A stretch of 64,000 nt of DNA, taken from Octopus bimaculoides. Its lineage: Eukaryota. A program made the position numbers and the translations under genes. Shown piece after piece: positions 37,198-49,590 of the stretch; within the stretch, counting starts at the first letter, position 1, and every line of letters starts with the position of its first letter. Location: NCBI RefSeq assembly GCF_001194135.2, contig NC_068995.1:32559495-32623494 (forward strand), written 5' to 3'. The notes beneath the pieces are model-generated. The model saw nothing but the letters and a program-made list of their open reading frames with translations, was not told the DNA's origin and did no database searches.

Positions 37198-39290
37198 CTC
37201 AGGTGATACACGAAAGAGTCATACCCAATAACTGGTGTAGCAGCACTATAGTCAACAGCTACAAAGGTAAAGATAATGCTTTAGATACAAATAATTAGAG
37301 GTATCAAGTTGTTGGATCAGGTAATGAAGGTCACAGAGAGGGTCATAACCCAACTAATTAGGGAGAGAGTCAGTTCAGATGAGATGCAGTTTGGGTTCGT
37401 GCCAGGTAAAAGCACCACTGACGTTATATTTCTGGTAAGACAGTTGCAGGAGAAATACCTAGCCAAAGATAAACCTCTGTACCTGGCTTTCATTGACATG
37501 GAAAAAGCCTTTGACAGGGTCCCCCAATCCCTTATCTGGTGGTCAATGAGGAAACTTGGAATAGATGAATGGTTAGTGAGAGCTGTGTGAGCCATGTACA
37601 GGGACGCTGTCAGTAAGGTGAGGGTTGGCAATGAGTACAGTGAAGAATTCCGGGTAGAGGTAGGGGACCACCAAGGTTCAGTCCTCAGCCCCCTCCTATT
37701 TATCATAGTCCTCCAGGCAATAACAGAGGAATTCAAGACAGGATGCCCCTGGGAGCTCCTCTATGCTGATGACCTTGCCCTAATTTCTGAATCACTATCA
37801 GAACTAAAGGAGAAGTTTCAGGTGTGGAAGCAAGGATTAGAATCGAAAGGCCTTAGAGTCAACCTAGCTAAAACCAAAGCCCTAATAAATAGAAAGGCAG
37901 ACAAACCACAAATCCCTTCAGGTAGATGGCCCTACTCGATCTGTAGAATTGGCGTAGGTAGAAACTTTATAAGATGTACCCAGTGTAAGCTATGGACATA
38001 TAAGAGGTGCAGCAATATCAAAGGAGGGCTAACTGGGAAGATAGTTTTTTTGTATGTGACACTGAAAATGTGCAGAGAACAACTTCTGTCTCATTCCAGG
38101 GAAAAAAACTAGAAGTAGTTGATAGCTTCCGTTACCTAAGTGACCAAGTCAGTAGCGGGGGGGGTGCTCTGAAAGTGTAGCTGCTAGAATAAGAATAGCC
38201 TGGCCAAAGTTCAGAGAGCTCCTACCTCTGCTGGTGACAAAGGGCCTCTTGCTCAGAGTAAAAGGTAGACTGTATGACGCATGTGTACGAACAGCCATGC
38301 GACATGGCAGTGAAACATGGGCCGTGACTGCTGAGGACATGTGTAAGCTTGAAAGGAACGAAGCCAGTATTCTCCGATGGATGTGTAATGTCAGTGTGCA
38401 TACTCAACAGAGTGTAAGTACCTTGAGAGAAAAGTTGGACCTAAGAAGCATCAGATGTGGTGTGCAAGAGAGACGACTGTGCTGGTATGGTCATCTGGCA
38501 AGAATGGATGAGGATAGCTGTGTGAAAAAGTGCTACACCCTAGTGGTTGAGGGATCCTGTGGAAGAGGTAGACCCAGGAAGACCTGGGATGAGGTGATGA
38601 AGCACGACTTTTGAACATTAGGCCTAACCGAGGCAATGACTAGTGACTGAGACCTTTGGAAATATGCTGTGCTTGAGAAGACCCGGCAAGCCAAGTGAGA
38701 CCATAACCAGTGACCTCTGCCAGGGGTGTAACCAGCCCACTTACGCATACCTTTCTTTCATTAGACACTAAACTCTGCTTGCGAAGACCTGTTGAAGCAA
38801 GTGTAAACGAAATCGAAATCAAATTCGATGACAGCACCACATGACTGGCATCCGTGCTAGTGGAGGAGCACTAAGGGAACCATCCGAGCGTGATCGTTGC
38901 CAGAGTAGCTAACTGGCTTCCATGCCAGTGGCATGTAAAAAGCACCATTCAAGTATGATCGTTACCAACATCGCCCAACTGGCACATGAAAAAATTATTC
39001 GAGCGAGGTCATTGCCAGTGCCGCTGGACTGGCTCCTGTGCAGGTAGCACGTAAAAAACACATTTGAGCGTGGCCGTTGCCAATACCACCTGACTGGCCC
39101 TCGTGCCGGTGGCACGTAAAAGCACCCACTACACTCTCAGAGTGGTTGGCGTTAGGAAGGGCATCCAGCTGTAGAAACTCTGCCAGATCAGATTGGAGCC
39201 TAGTGCAGCCATCTGGTTTGCCAGTCCTCAGTCAAATTTTCCAACCCATGCCAGCATGGAAAGTGGATGTTAAACGATGATGATGATGAT
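37198..39290 (+). mobile_element. 5'-truncated RTE-clade LINE (RT, 3'UTR and (GAT)n tail) inserted in a TTAA-ended MITE
   Basis: AFIDMEKAFDRV, HQGSVLSPLLF, LLYADDL, LRVNLAKTK, RLCWYGHLAR, GRGRPRKTW; tail GATGATGATGAT; host MITE resumes at 39291 and ends GAAAGGGTTAA (39454). Confidence 0.92.
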
Positions 39291-39662
39291 AACAAAGAAT
39301 GTAGTAAAATAACTTAGTTATCATTCAGTTAGTGTTAGGAACATAAATTGTGACTAAGGTTTGGTGGAAGATTTTAATTCAAGCCTTATAAAAACAAGAC
39401 ATTTGTACTCAAAGCCAGAGCTGGTTTCAGCCGGGTTGGTAACGAAAGGGTTAATACATTAAATTTAAAACTAAACTTAGACATTTTCTATGAAAGAAAG
39501 AAAGGGTTTAATTTGAAAGTGAGTGGGTTAATGATCCTACAGTCTCTACTGAAATGCAAATGTTTTTAAAATATATATTCTTTAACTGCAAAAGGTGAAT
39601 GTCAATTTGGTCACAGATCTGTTCAGTCAGGGCTAACTTGAAGCTAAACAACATCAACTTAC

Positions 39663-39742
39663 TTTGTCTGAAAGTTGGTAAGAATTGGAACGACTATTGA
39701 GAGCTGCTTCAACATACTTTAGTCTATTCTTTTCAAGTCGAA
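39663..39742 (-). CDS. NBAS: NBAS exon w13 (80 nt, phase 1-0)
   Basis: cttgcag|TT...AAA|gtaagt; (I)RLEKNRLKYVEAALNSRSNSYQLSDK. Confidence 0.88.
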
Positions 39743-40517
39743 CTGCAAGAAGAAGACAGTTTTCCTTTAGCATGCCACTTATTTATATAGAATACATTTT
39801 AAGAACATTTTAAGATTGTTAATATGTGTTTGTGGATAGTTTGTGAATTAGAAAAGAGAATCAGTATTCATTTAAGATTTTTAATTATTACATCAAAGAT
39901 CAAATTATGTGACCAATTTGCTATTGATCATTTACATTATTCATTATGGGACTGAATTCTTCTGTATAACACAATATCTCTCATTAAATTAACTCTGCTG
40001 TGATATATATTTTAAGTCTTTATATCATATCTGTGAGTGTATAATTCTTCCTGCTTATATGTATGTGTGAACACACATGGCCTAGTAGTTAGGATGTTGC
40101 ATTCACAATTGCAAAATTGTGGGTTTGATTCCTAGACTGCCGGGTGTGTTCTGTTCTTGAGCAAAAGACTTCATTTCATGCTGCTCTGCAATCACTCTGA
40201 CATTCAGCTTGTGGCCCACTGTGGTCTTGCATAGACCATGTCAACTTGATGGAGGAAGTGAGCTAATGTACAGTACAAAGATTTGACTACTATAAATAAA
40301 TCACCAGCACAGGTTATTCAACAAGAAGTTACAGAACCTTCACTTGTCCCTAATGACAGGAGAATCCACGATATTTAACACATGATTACATGAGAGAGAG
40401 ATTTATAGTTAAACAGGTAAGATATTTATTCAGACCATACAAATTTAGTAAAACATTTAGACAGACAGGAAAAGGCATTCAGAAAATACAGCTAAAAATA
40501 TAAAATATAAAACCAAC

Positions 40518-40630
40518 TTTGCAGAGGTAAGACAGTGATTTCAAACTCCCCTAGAATTGATAATGCTTCAATTAAATCCAGTTCTTCTTGAATAGCTATA
40601 GAAGTTTCTTCTACCAAATTGAGACAGGAT
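40518..40630 (-). CDS. NBAS: NBAS exon w12 (113 nt, phase 2-1)
   Basis: cttgtag|A...CAAA|gttggt; SCLNLVEETSIAIQEELDLIEALSILGEFEITVLPLQ. Confidence 0.93.
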
Positions 40631-40952
40631 CTACAAGGAAAATACACATACATCAGAATAGATTACACATTTTGTTTCTTGAAAATTCTCTCTCTTAATG
40701 TCTCTTATGCATATACAAATGGGTATAATACAAACATATAAGAGACATGTATAATATACACACACACACACACACATTTATGTGCTGCTTCCCAACCACA
40801 TCATTTCAGATTCAGTTCCTCTGTGTGGATCCTTGGACAAGTGTCTTCTGTTATAGCTCCAGACCAATGAAAGCTTTGTAAGTAGATTTCACAGACACAA
40901 ACAGAAACAAGTTCATCATATGCATTCGTGTACATACACACATATATATATA

Positions 40953-41285
40953 AGGCACATGGTTCAGTGATTAGAGTGTCGGGCTCACAATCACGAGGTA
41001 ATAAGTTGGATTCCTGGATCAGGCTGTGTGTTGTGTTCTTGAGCAAGACACTTTATTTCACATTGCTCCAGTTCACTCAGCTGTAGAAATGAGTTGCAAC
41101 ATTACTGACGCCAAGCTGTATTGGCCTTTGCCTTTCTCTTTGATAACATCCGTGGCATGGAGAGGGAAGACTTGTATGCATGGACAACTGCCGGTCTTCC
41201 ATAAACAATCTTGCCCAGACTTTCTAGGGGAACTTTTTAGGTGGAATCCCATGGCCATTCATGACAAAAGGGGGTTTTTACCCTT
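40953..41285 (+). mobile_element. tRNA-derived SINE family B (other copies ~215-530 -, 715-1040 -, 46880-47190 +, 62700-62965 -)
   Basis: GGCACATGG..AGTG..TAGAG head, TGTTCTTGAGCAAGACACTTTATTTCAC..TGCTCCAGTTCACTCAGCTG central domain, CCCATGG.CATTCATGAC tail shared by copies. Confidence 0.8.
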
Positions 41286-41959
41286 TATATATATACGGGG
41301 AAAGCGAANNNNNNNNNNNNNNNNNNNNNNNNNNNNNNNNNNNNNNNNNNNNNNNNNNNNNNNNNNNNNNNNNNNNNNNNNNNNNNNNNNNNNNNNNNNN
41401 NNNNNNNNNNNNNNNNNNNNNNNNNNNNNNNNNNNNNNNNNNNNNNNNNNNNNNNNNNNNNNNNNNNNNNNNNNNNNNNNNNNNNNNNNNNNNNNNNNNN
41501 NNNNNNNNNNNNNNNNNNNNNNNNNNNNNNNNNNNNNNNNNNNNNNNNNNNNNNNNNNNNNNNNNNNNNNNNNNNNNNNNNNNNNNNNNNNNNNNNNNNN
41601 NNNNNNNNNNNNNNNNNNNNNNNNNNNNNNNNNNNNNNNNNNNNNNNNNNNNNNNNNNNNNNNNNNNNNNNNNNNNNNNNNNNNNNNNNNNNNNNNNNNN
41701 NNNNNNNNNNNNNNNNNNNNNNNNNNNNNNNNNNNNNNNNNNNNNNNNNNNNNNNNNNNNNNNNNNNNNNNNNNNNNNNNNNNNNNNNNNNNNNNNNNNN
41801 NGATGGCACCTGTACCCAGCGTCGCCTTTCTGGCACTTGTGCCCGCGGCATGTGTAAGGACTTTCGAGCGAGATCGTTGCCAGTGTCCCTGGACTGGCTC
41901 TTGTGCGGGTGGCACATAAAATACACCATTTTGAGCGTGGCCGTTGCCAGTACCGCCCG

Positions 41960-42002
<43 letters not shown>

Positions 42003-42361
42003 CATGTGTTCTCCAAACGTATAAGAGACATGTATAACACACACACACACACACATATGTGCTGCTTCCCAACCACATCATTTCAGATTCAGTTCCTCTG
42101 TGTGGATCTTTGGGCAAGTGTCTTCTGTTATAGCTCCGGGCCAATCAAAGCTTTGTAAGTAGATTGACAACTGGTATTGGTTTATGTCCCTGTGACTTAG
42201 CAATTTGACAAGAAAGATTGATAGAATAAGCACCAGACTTTAAAAAATAAGTACTGCAGTTGAGTGTGCCAGCATGAGCGTAGTCTGAGTAAAAGATAAA
42301 AGCTAACCACATACACTGGACAGTAAGAACCTAATTAAACAGCATTAATTACTCATTATTA

Positions 42362-43588
42362 TCTATAATATAAATTGGACATGGGCAATCTTGTATTCTT
42401 TCTTGTCTTGAGGTTCACAGCTAAACGGCTGGGTGGATTCACATGAAAAATGGCACATATGTGGAGACGGGTGCATAGATTGGAATGCGGTTTGTAGTTT
42501 TTTCCTAGCCCCCATAGTTACCGAGAAAATCAATTAAAACTTTCCGCCTTTTAAACAACCAGTTACTCACACAGCCCGCATATACCATTTTGCTAGCAAC
42601 AAGGGGAGTACAGGATGAGTCAGTCAAAGCCATACATACATACATAACTTCTTTCTCTCCTTTTCTATCATCACTCACACATTCACTCACTATAAAAAGT
42701 GAATAAAATTTCAGCTAACTCTCCCTCAGCCATGCATAGATACATACATCTATGTATACATACATATATACATACATACATACATAACCTGCGTGCATGC
42801 GTGTAGGGGGGTCACTGAAGCCATTCATACATATATACATAACCTTTCTCTCTCTCCTGCTTTTTCTCTGTCAATCACTCACACATTCACTCACTACAAA
42901 AATTGAATAAAAAATTCCAGTTATCTCTCTCTTTCTCGCTTTCTTTCTCTCTCACATACACACACACCAGCAACATTACTCTCTCTGTCTCTTCACACAC
43001 ACTAACAAAAGCAATTCACATACACACTACACATTCTGCCTCGCACACCCCATCAAACACACACACACACACGCGCACACACACCAATTCTTCCGCTTCA
43101 CACCAACTTCAAAAGAACTTTCAAAAAAACTCATACAATCACGCTCTCTCTGTCTCTTTCGCTTTCACGCAGACTTCAAATGATCCCCTTTCCCCCCAAC
43201 CCCATATCAAAAAAAATTTTAATTTTTTAAGGAAACCGACGATCATCTTCAAAACTGTAAATAAACACACGTGGTTTATAAGTGGTTTGTAAGTGACAGT
43301 CGTGTGTTCCCATATCAAAAGATCGCTCAATGTTTTAATGATTAGACAGAGGTCCAAAAGAATACCTCTCACAAACAGACTACGTACAAATTCGTTCTTC
43401 ACAACTCCTGAAGCTGTTTTCTGACAAGGGGGTGAGTCAGGAAATTTTCATACAGTTGGAGGCTCCAATCGAAACAGGGGACCCGGTAATGATAAGGTTG
43501 CGAAACACTGTTATAGATTATGCCCAATTGAAAACAATCACAGTCACATCATCCAAACAGATCGGGTGAAACTGGGCTTAGCTGCTAG
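42362..43588 (+). mobile_element. non-autonomous Helitron
   Basis: A|TCTATAATATAAA 5' end, GC-rich subterminal CGGGTGAAACTGGG, CTAG|T 3' end, no TSD, internal ~200-bp imperfect duplication. Confidence 0.7.
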
Positions 43589-43645
43589 TATAAAATAAAT
43601 TGTATTTTTGCATAATCTTAACAGAAAAAATATGTCCGTACTTAC

Positions 43646-43863
43646 TGAGCCATTTCCATTGAAAAATGCGATAAGTCTAAAGCCGAATTGAAGTATTCCT
43701 GAGATGCTGACAGGACTAACTTTACAGTTCTCTTAAATGGTACCTTTATAAAGCCATCACTCTGTTGTGATGATCTGGAATCACCATGTTTTCTTGCAAT
43801 GTAGTTTTTAGCCAAACTGATGGTGTCCAAATTGCTGGAGCATAATAGACTTGCAACAAAGAT
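43646..43863 (-). CDS. NBAS: NBAS exon w11 (218 nt, phase 0-2)
   Basis: ttggcag|ATC...GCTCA|gtaagt; IFVASLLCSSNLDTISLA...VLSASQEYFNSALDLSHFSMEMA(Q). Confidence 0.95.
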
Positions 43864-45226
43864 CTGCCAAGAGAGATATAGTGCATCATAAAACATTCTC
43901 ATAAACATTATAATAAATGGTGTACACAACATAAATCTATACAATATATGTAGTATTACCAAATGACACTGTGCATTTATATACTCCGAACGCTCATTCA
44001 ATTCATTATATAAAATTTTTTCACAAAAAAATGAAATAAACCAAAACTTCTTTTTTTAATAGTTTTATTTCCACCTACACATACCTGCCGCTTACTGCAT
44101 TCCTTCCTATATTTGCCACTTACTATATTTGCACTTATGTACCTCTAATCTCTCTCTCTACCTCTCCCCCATACTCCTTCTTTGCATACCACTACCTACA
44201 CATCATCTCCCTATTTCTCATCTCTCTACAGATGTATTACTCTGCTGTTCTCCACCCTTTCTGTACCATTACTTACCACTTCCTCCCTCTTGAGCTACTT
44301 CTATTTCATATCACTTTACCCCTAAACTTATATCACATATTAAGGTCATCTCTACAGATTTTCTATAGAAATTATAGCCAGCACTGATTTTGTTACATTT
44401 TGTATCCGAGACACCAGATATAAACAAACAACAGGACAGAAGATGAAACAAATGCGTAACAGGTGTATAGGCAATATTTCAGGAGTTTTTGCTTCTTCAT
44501 CAGCATCATCTTGTCTCTTTCCAGCTACTCCTACCCATCTTTTTAGAATGTGACGTAGTCATGTATCTTCTCTACAGCAAGGCATGGTCTTGTCCCTCTA
44601 TCATACTTTAACATCTAAACACTGGAGATAAAACCACCTTCATCTCTACTACACCCACACTCAGTTGTGGGGATGTTTTTGTCTGATGAGTTACCTGGTA
44701 ACCTCACCTGTGCTGGTACCATGACAAAAAAAAAAAGGACCCACTACTACATTCAAAACATTGGCATTAAGAAGGGCATCCAGCTGTAGAAAATCCTGCT
44801 GAAGTAGATTTGTCAGATCCTGTTGAACCATCCTACCTATGTCAGCATGGAAGGCAGACTTATATGGTGGTGGTGGCAGTGGTAGACACAGATGAGGAAG
44901 AGGATCAGTATTTCAAATTCCATGTCACTGATATTTTGATAATACAACAGCTATTCTTCCCATATAGGCAAATATATTTTCATCTCATTGCTCAATGAAA
45001 AAGAACATACCCAATTTCCTATTAAAGTACAGTAACTTACACCTATTTTGTCACTGATATGTCCTCTATATATTTTTTTTATTCCAAAGTACTAACAGTA
45101 GGACAAATATAACCACATTCTCTCTTCAAAGTCTTTGGTTTGTTTTGCTTTTTTTTTTTATTCTATCTTAAAACCAAAATTTATAATAATGACAAATTGA
45201 TAAAAAAAAAAGTAAAGAAAATCTAC

Positions 45227-45329
45227 CTCCAATGTTTCAGCAACGCTGATCTGGTTGAAAAGCTTCTCTTGTAAGTGCATGACGTTGGCATGTAAAGAAA
45301 TCCAGCCCTTTTCATTTAAACTTGGAGTC
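45227..45329 (-). CDS. NBAS: NBAS exon w10 (103 nt, phase 2-0)
   Basis: tttctag|G...GAG|gtagat; TPSLNEKGWISLHANVMHLQEKLFNQISVAETLE. Confidence 0.9.
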
Positions 45330-46698
45330 CTAGAAAATGAACACATTAATCAGTCCTAATTGATTGTAAAGAAAAAGAAAAAAATTACAAAACTTTTAAT
45401 CTGCCATTATATTTTTTACAAAATGTGACTCATTATTTTATCACAAACAGCCACAGATTTACAGATTGAACAGCTTCCCCATAGAATTTTCCTCCTGGTT
45501 CAATGATTGCTATATAAACGCAAAAGCCGTTTCAAAAGGGAAAGGCTTTTGAAAAGAGTTACCTATCTTCAAAAGTAAGCACAATAAGAGGGCTTCTCCA
45601 TGATTACTTGATCTGCTAGAAACGGCAGCCAAATATCCCTAATATTACACTATACACGTCTCGAGGTGTATTTAGCCTAGATACACTATGTATCTACATG
45701 GTCCCAAATGGAAGGCCTTTGATCAAATTTTGAATAAATTTTCTCAATAGACATAGGCGCAGGTGTGGCTGTGCAGTAAGAAGTTTGTTTCCCAACCACA
45801 TGGCTCCAGATTCAGTTTCATTGTGTGGCACCTGGGGTAAGTGTCTTCTACTATAGCTTCATGCCAACCAAAGCCTTATTAGTGGATTTGGTAGATGGAA
45901 ACTGAAAGAAGCTCATCATATATATGTGTGTGAGTGTGTGTGTTTGTCCCTCACCACTGCTTGACAACTGCTGTTGGTGTGTTTACATCCCCATAACTTA
46001 ATGGTTTGCACTTAAGAACTAGGGGCCAATTAATTCAACCAAAATTCTCCAAGACGGTGCCCCCAGCATGGCTGCAGTCTAATGAATGAAACAAGATAAA
46101 AAATTCATCATCTTAATTGTGTCCAGTATATTACACAGGTACAGCTGTGTGGTTAAGAAATTTATTTTGCAACCCATGGGCACAGGTATGATTGTATGAT
46201 AAGAAGTTTGCTTCCCACCACATGGTTATGGGTTCAAGTCCCACAGTGTGGAACCTTGGGCAGCCCTAGGCCAAACAAAGCCAAAGAGTGGATTTGGTGG
46301 ACAGAAACTGAAAAAAGCCTGTTATATCATCATCATTTACCATCCCTCTTCCATGCTGGCATGGGTTGGATGGTTTGACTGGAACTGGTAAGGCCAGGGA
46401 CTACACCAGGCACCATTGTCTGTTCTTGTATAGCTAGATGCCTTTCCTAGCACCAACCACTCCATAGTGTAGTGTAGTGTAGTATAGTGTACTGCCTACC
46501 TGCCTGCCTGCCTGTCCACCCACTGGGTCTAACCACTAGAAAGTGGTCTAACACACTGCCTCACACCCAGCCACTCTACTTAAAGTTTTCATTTATATAA
46601 CTATAAGAGATATATTTAAATGATCAGCTTATTTAGTTAATTAATGAAACTCTGAAACAGATAGCTTCAATATTTAAGTAATAGACAGTAAAACTTAC

Positions 46699-46757
46699 CT
46701 TCTTCCAGCTGCTCGTGTGAGCTTTACTAGCATATTTCTGGCTGCTGTTTCTGATTC
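46699..46757 (-). CDS. NBAS: NBAS exon w9 (59 nt, phase 0-2)
   Basis: tttgtag|GAA...AGAAG|gtaagt; ESETAARNMLVKLTRAAGR(R) ~ human EEARKLMVRLTRHTGRK. Confidence 0.9.
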
Positions 46758-47429
46758 CTACAAATAGAAAGTATGACAACCAATTTTTCTTCCAGTTAGC
46801 ATTTATTCCATGTCCCTCATTCTACCAGGCATCTATAAAGTCATAAATCCACATCTCCATTAAATGTTTTACTACCATATAATGGCACAATCATGAGGTA
46901 GTGAATTGGATTTCCAGACCATTCCGTGTTGTGTTCTTGAACAAGACACTTTATTTCACGTTGCTCCAGTTTACTGAGCTATAGATATGAGTTACAACGT
47001 CACTGGTACCAAGCTGTATCAGCCTTTGCCTTTCCCTTGGATAACATCGGTGGCATGGAGAGGGAAGACTGGTATGCATGGGCAACTTTTGGTCTTCCAT
47101 AAACAATCTTGCCCGGACTTGTGCCTTGGAGAGTAACATTCTAGGAGTAATCCCATGGTCATTCATGACTGAAGGCGGGCTTTACCTTTACCTAATTATT
47201 TCATAACACTTACCTTCATTATTACGTTCTGACTCTCTTCACCATATTGCACTGTCTTAACACTATCCCAATCTCTTACAAGAAACCACAAGTATAGTTT
47301 GAGCAGATTTTCAATACAAAGTCTGCTTTGCATTGTAGTTCTAAGTCAATTGTGCAACCACATACCAGATGTACATATACAAAAATATACATATCAAAGC
47401 AAAAACATATAAGAATATGCATATATATT

Positions 47430-47461
<32 letters not shown>

Positions 47462-48423
47462 NNNNNNNNNNNNNNNNNNNNNNNNNNNNNNNNNNNNNNN
47501 NNNNNNNNNNNNNNNNNNNNNNNNNNNNNNNNNNNNNNNNNNNNNNNNNNNNNNNNNNNNNNNNNNNGTAAAAGTAATGTGACACTTATTCGGTAGCCAT
47601 GATAAAACTCCAAAACTCTGAGTTTTATCATGGCTACCGAATAAGTGTCACATACTTTTACAGATAAATTCCTCTATTTACATAATATTGAGGTCTCTTT
47701 CTTTCTTCTGTTGTCCCTTCTATCTATATATATATATATATATATATGTAAATCCAGAAAACAACAGCATACCAGGCAAAATTGAAGAACTGCTTGCACA
47801 ACACTGCAACAGCTCATTGTCAAAGCCAAAGAGTTAAGAGAAAAGCCAAAGCAAGATATCTATTTCAGTAATGTTACAGGTTTTTTTTTTTTGTATATAA
47901 GAATAACCTTCTCCCCAAAGGCATACTTTAACAAAAAATAAACAAAGCCCGACTCCTAGTGGTCTTATAGCAATGGAATTTCTAAATCCCTGAACTATTG
48001 CTCGACAGTCCTCAACCTTACATTAGGTTCACCCATCCTCTTGACAAATATTGTTTTAGTCCAGCCAAGTTTCTAGTAACCTTTGTCATAAAACTAGTCT
48101 AGTGGGGTGCCAGTTTAGTCACTAATAACCCAATGAATTATGTGTTACTAGTAGCATTCTTCAAGTGACCTGGCATATGTATACACACAGATTGAATACT
48201 AGATATTTCCTATCTTTGCTACAAGAAAGTTATTTGTGAGCAATAAATCCCACCCAAGGTAATTAGCTATGAGAGATACATAGTTTAGTAATATCAGCAG
48301 GTGTAAAGAAAACTAAAAAGATTGTGAAAATCACAATGTAAAATAAACACATGAATGCACATCTGTGGTTACATGGATAAACATAATTTGATTGTTACAA
48401 AATATTTAATTAAGGTTATTTAC

Positions 48424-48487
48424 CTGTGACAACTTAATGGAATAAATGGTTTGTTTTAAGCCATTCTCTTCAAAAATCTTGGCAGCC
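48424..48487 (-). CDS. NBAS: NBAS exon w8 (64 nt, phase 2-0)
   Basis: attttag|G...CAG|gtaaat; AAKIFEENGLKQTIYSIKLSQ ~ human SELLEKHGLEKPISFVKNTQ. Confidence 0.88.
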
Positions 48488-49530
48488 CTAAAATTTGTAT
48501 AGTACACAAACAAATAAGTGTAGTTATATTTGATACATTCACAATACAAAACTAATTTTAAAACAAATGAAAAAAAAGCATGTGATAAACAAACAAAAAT
48601 GTACATATTTGATATCATAATTCATCTCTGGACAGAACACAAGGTGCATATCTCTTATCAGAAATTTTCTGTGAACTGTGCTAACCTTATTTTCAGACAT
48701 TCAAAATTCGTTTTTATTTCACAGGCAACAATTGCCAAATTCCGAAACACCTTATTAACTGGAAGATTTGTGATATAGACATCAATTAATAACGAATTCA
48801 TTTCATCATCATTTAACATCCGTTTTCCATGCTGGCATGGGTTAGACAGATTAACTGGAGCTGATAAGCTTGAGAGCTGCAACAGGCTCCAGGCTTCTGT
48901 TTCAGCTTGGTTTCTATGGCTGGATGCCATTCCTAATGCTAACCACTTTACAGAGTGCACTGGGTGTCTTTTACATGTACTAGCAGAGGTGACCTTTTAA
49001 ATCCATTTGCTTTAAGGGGAATTCAAGAGTTAATTTTTCTTGATATGGAAATGTCTTTCCAGTCCCTTCAATAACATGCAAATGTGTACAGTTTACACTC
49101 ACTTCCTCTATCAAAACTTTTCCAGTGTATTATTAGTAGCTTGGCTGATTTTTTATGGATGTAACTACATAAAAGCTAAGTTTTGTTGCAATGAGTCCAT
49201 GAGTACAAAGTAATTGAGATGAATGCATGATATATTCCAGTGGGATCTTGGCAGAATGTAACATTGGTAGCAGCAGACAAAAGATTTCCAAAAAGTTTGA
49301 ATACAAAAGAACCAAAATCTTCGATTAAAAAAAAAAATTTTTTTGACAATACTGTAACTTTGAAGATGAATGGGTACAACAGATGTTTTACATTTAAATA
49401 CAGGTATTACTGTATTTAAGGAAACAAATACAGCAATGGATATAGCTTAACAATATTGTTTAATCAATAAAATAGATAAAGTAAGTTCATAAATGGAACC
49501 TTGCCAACAAGTCATTTACAAAGTACTTAC

Positions 49531-49590
49531 CATATGTGGTTTTCCAAACGTTCTTTCTGTTTATGGAGATCTTGTATGTAAGATCCTGGT
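49531..49590 (-). CDS. NBAS: NBAS exon w7 (60 nt, phase 2-2)
   Basis: tttatag|A...ATATG|gtaagt; PGSYIQDLHKQKERLENHI(W). Confidence 0.85.

Noticed and set aside
41026-42144. Long ORFs here and at 18039-18365, 35157-35728, 53198-53599, 54025-54552 and 56517-57107
   Set aside because: Inflated by N gaps and (TA)n/(CA)n/(GACA)n microsatellites.
44680-44720. CTGATGAG followed by a GTTACC/GGTAAC stem, a possible second hammerhead
   Set aside because: No downstream GAAA box.
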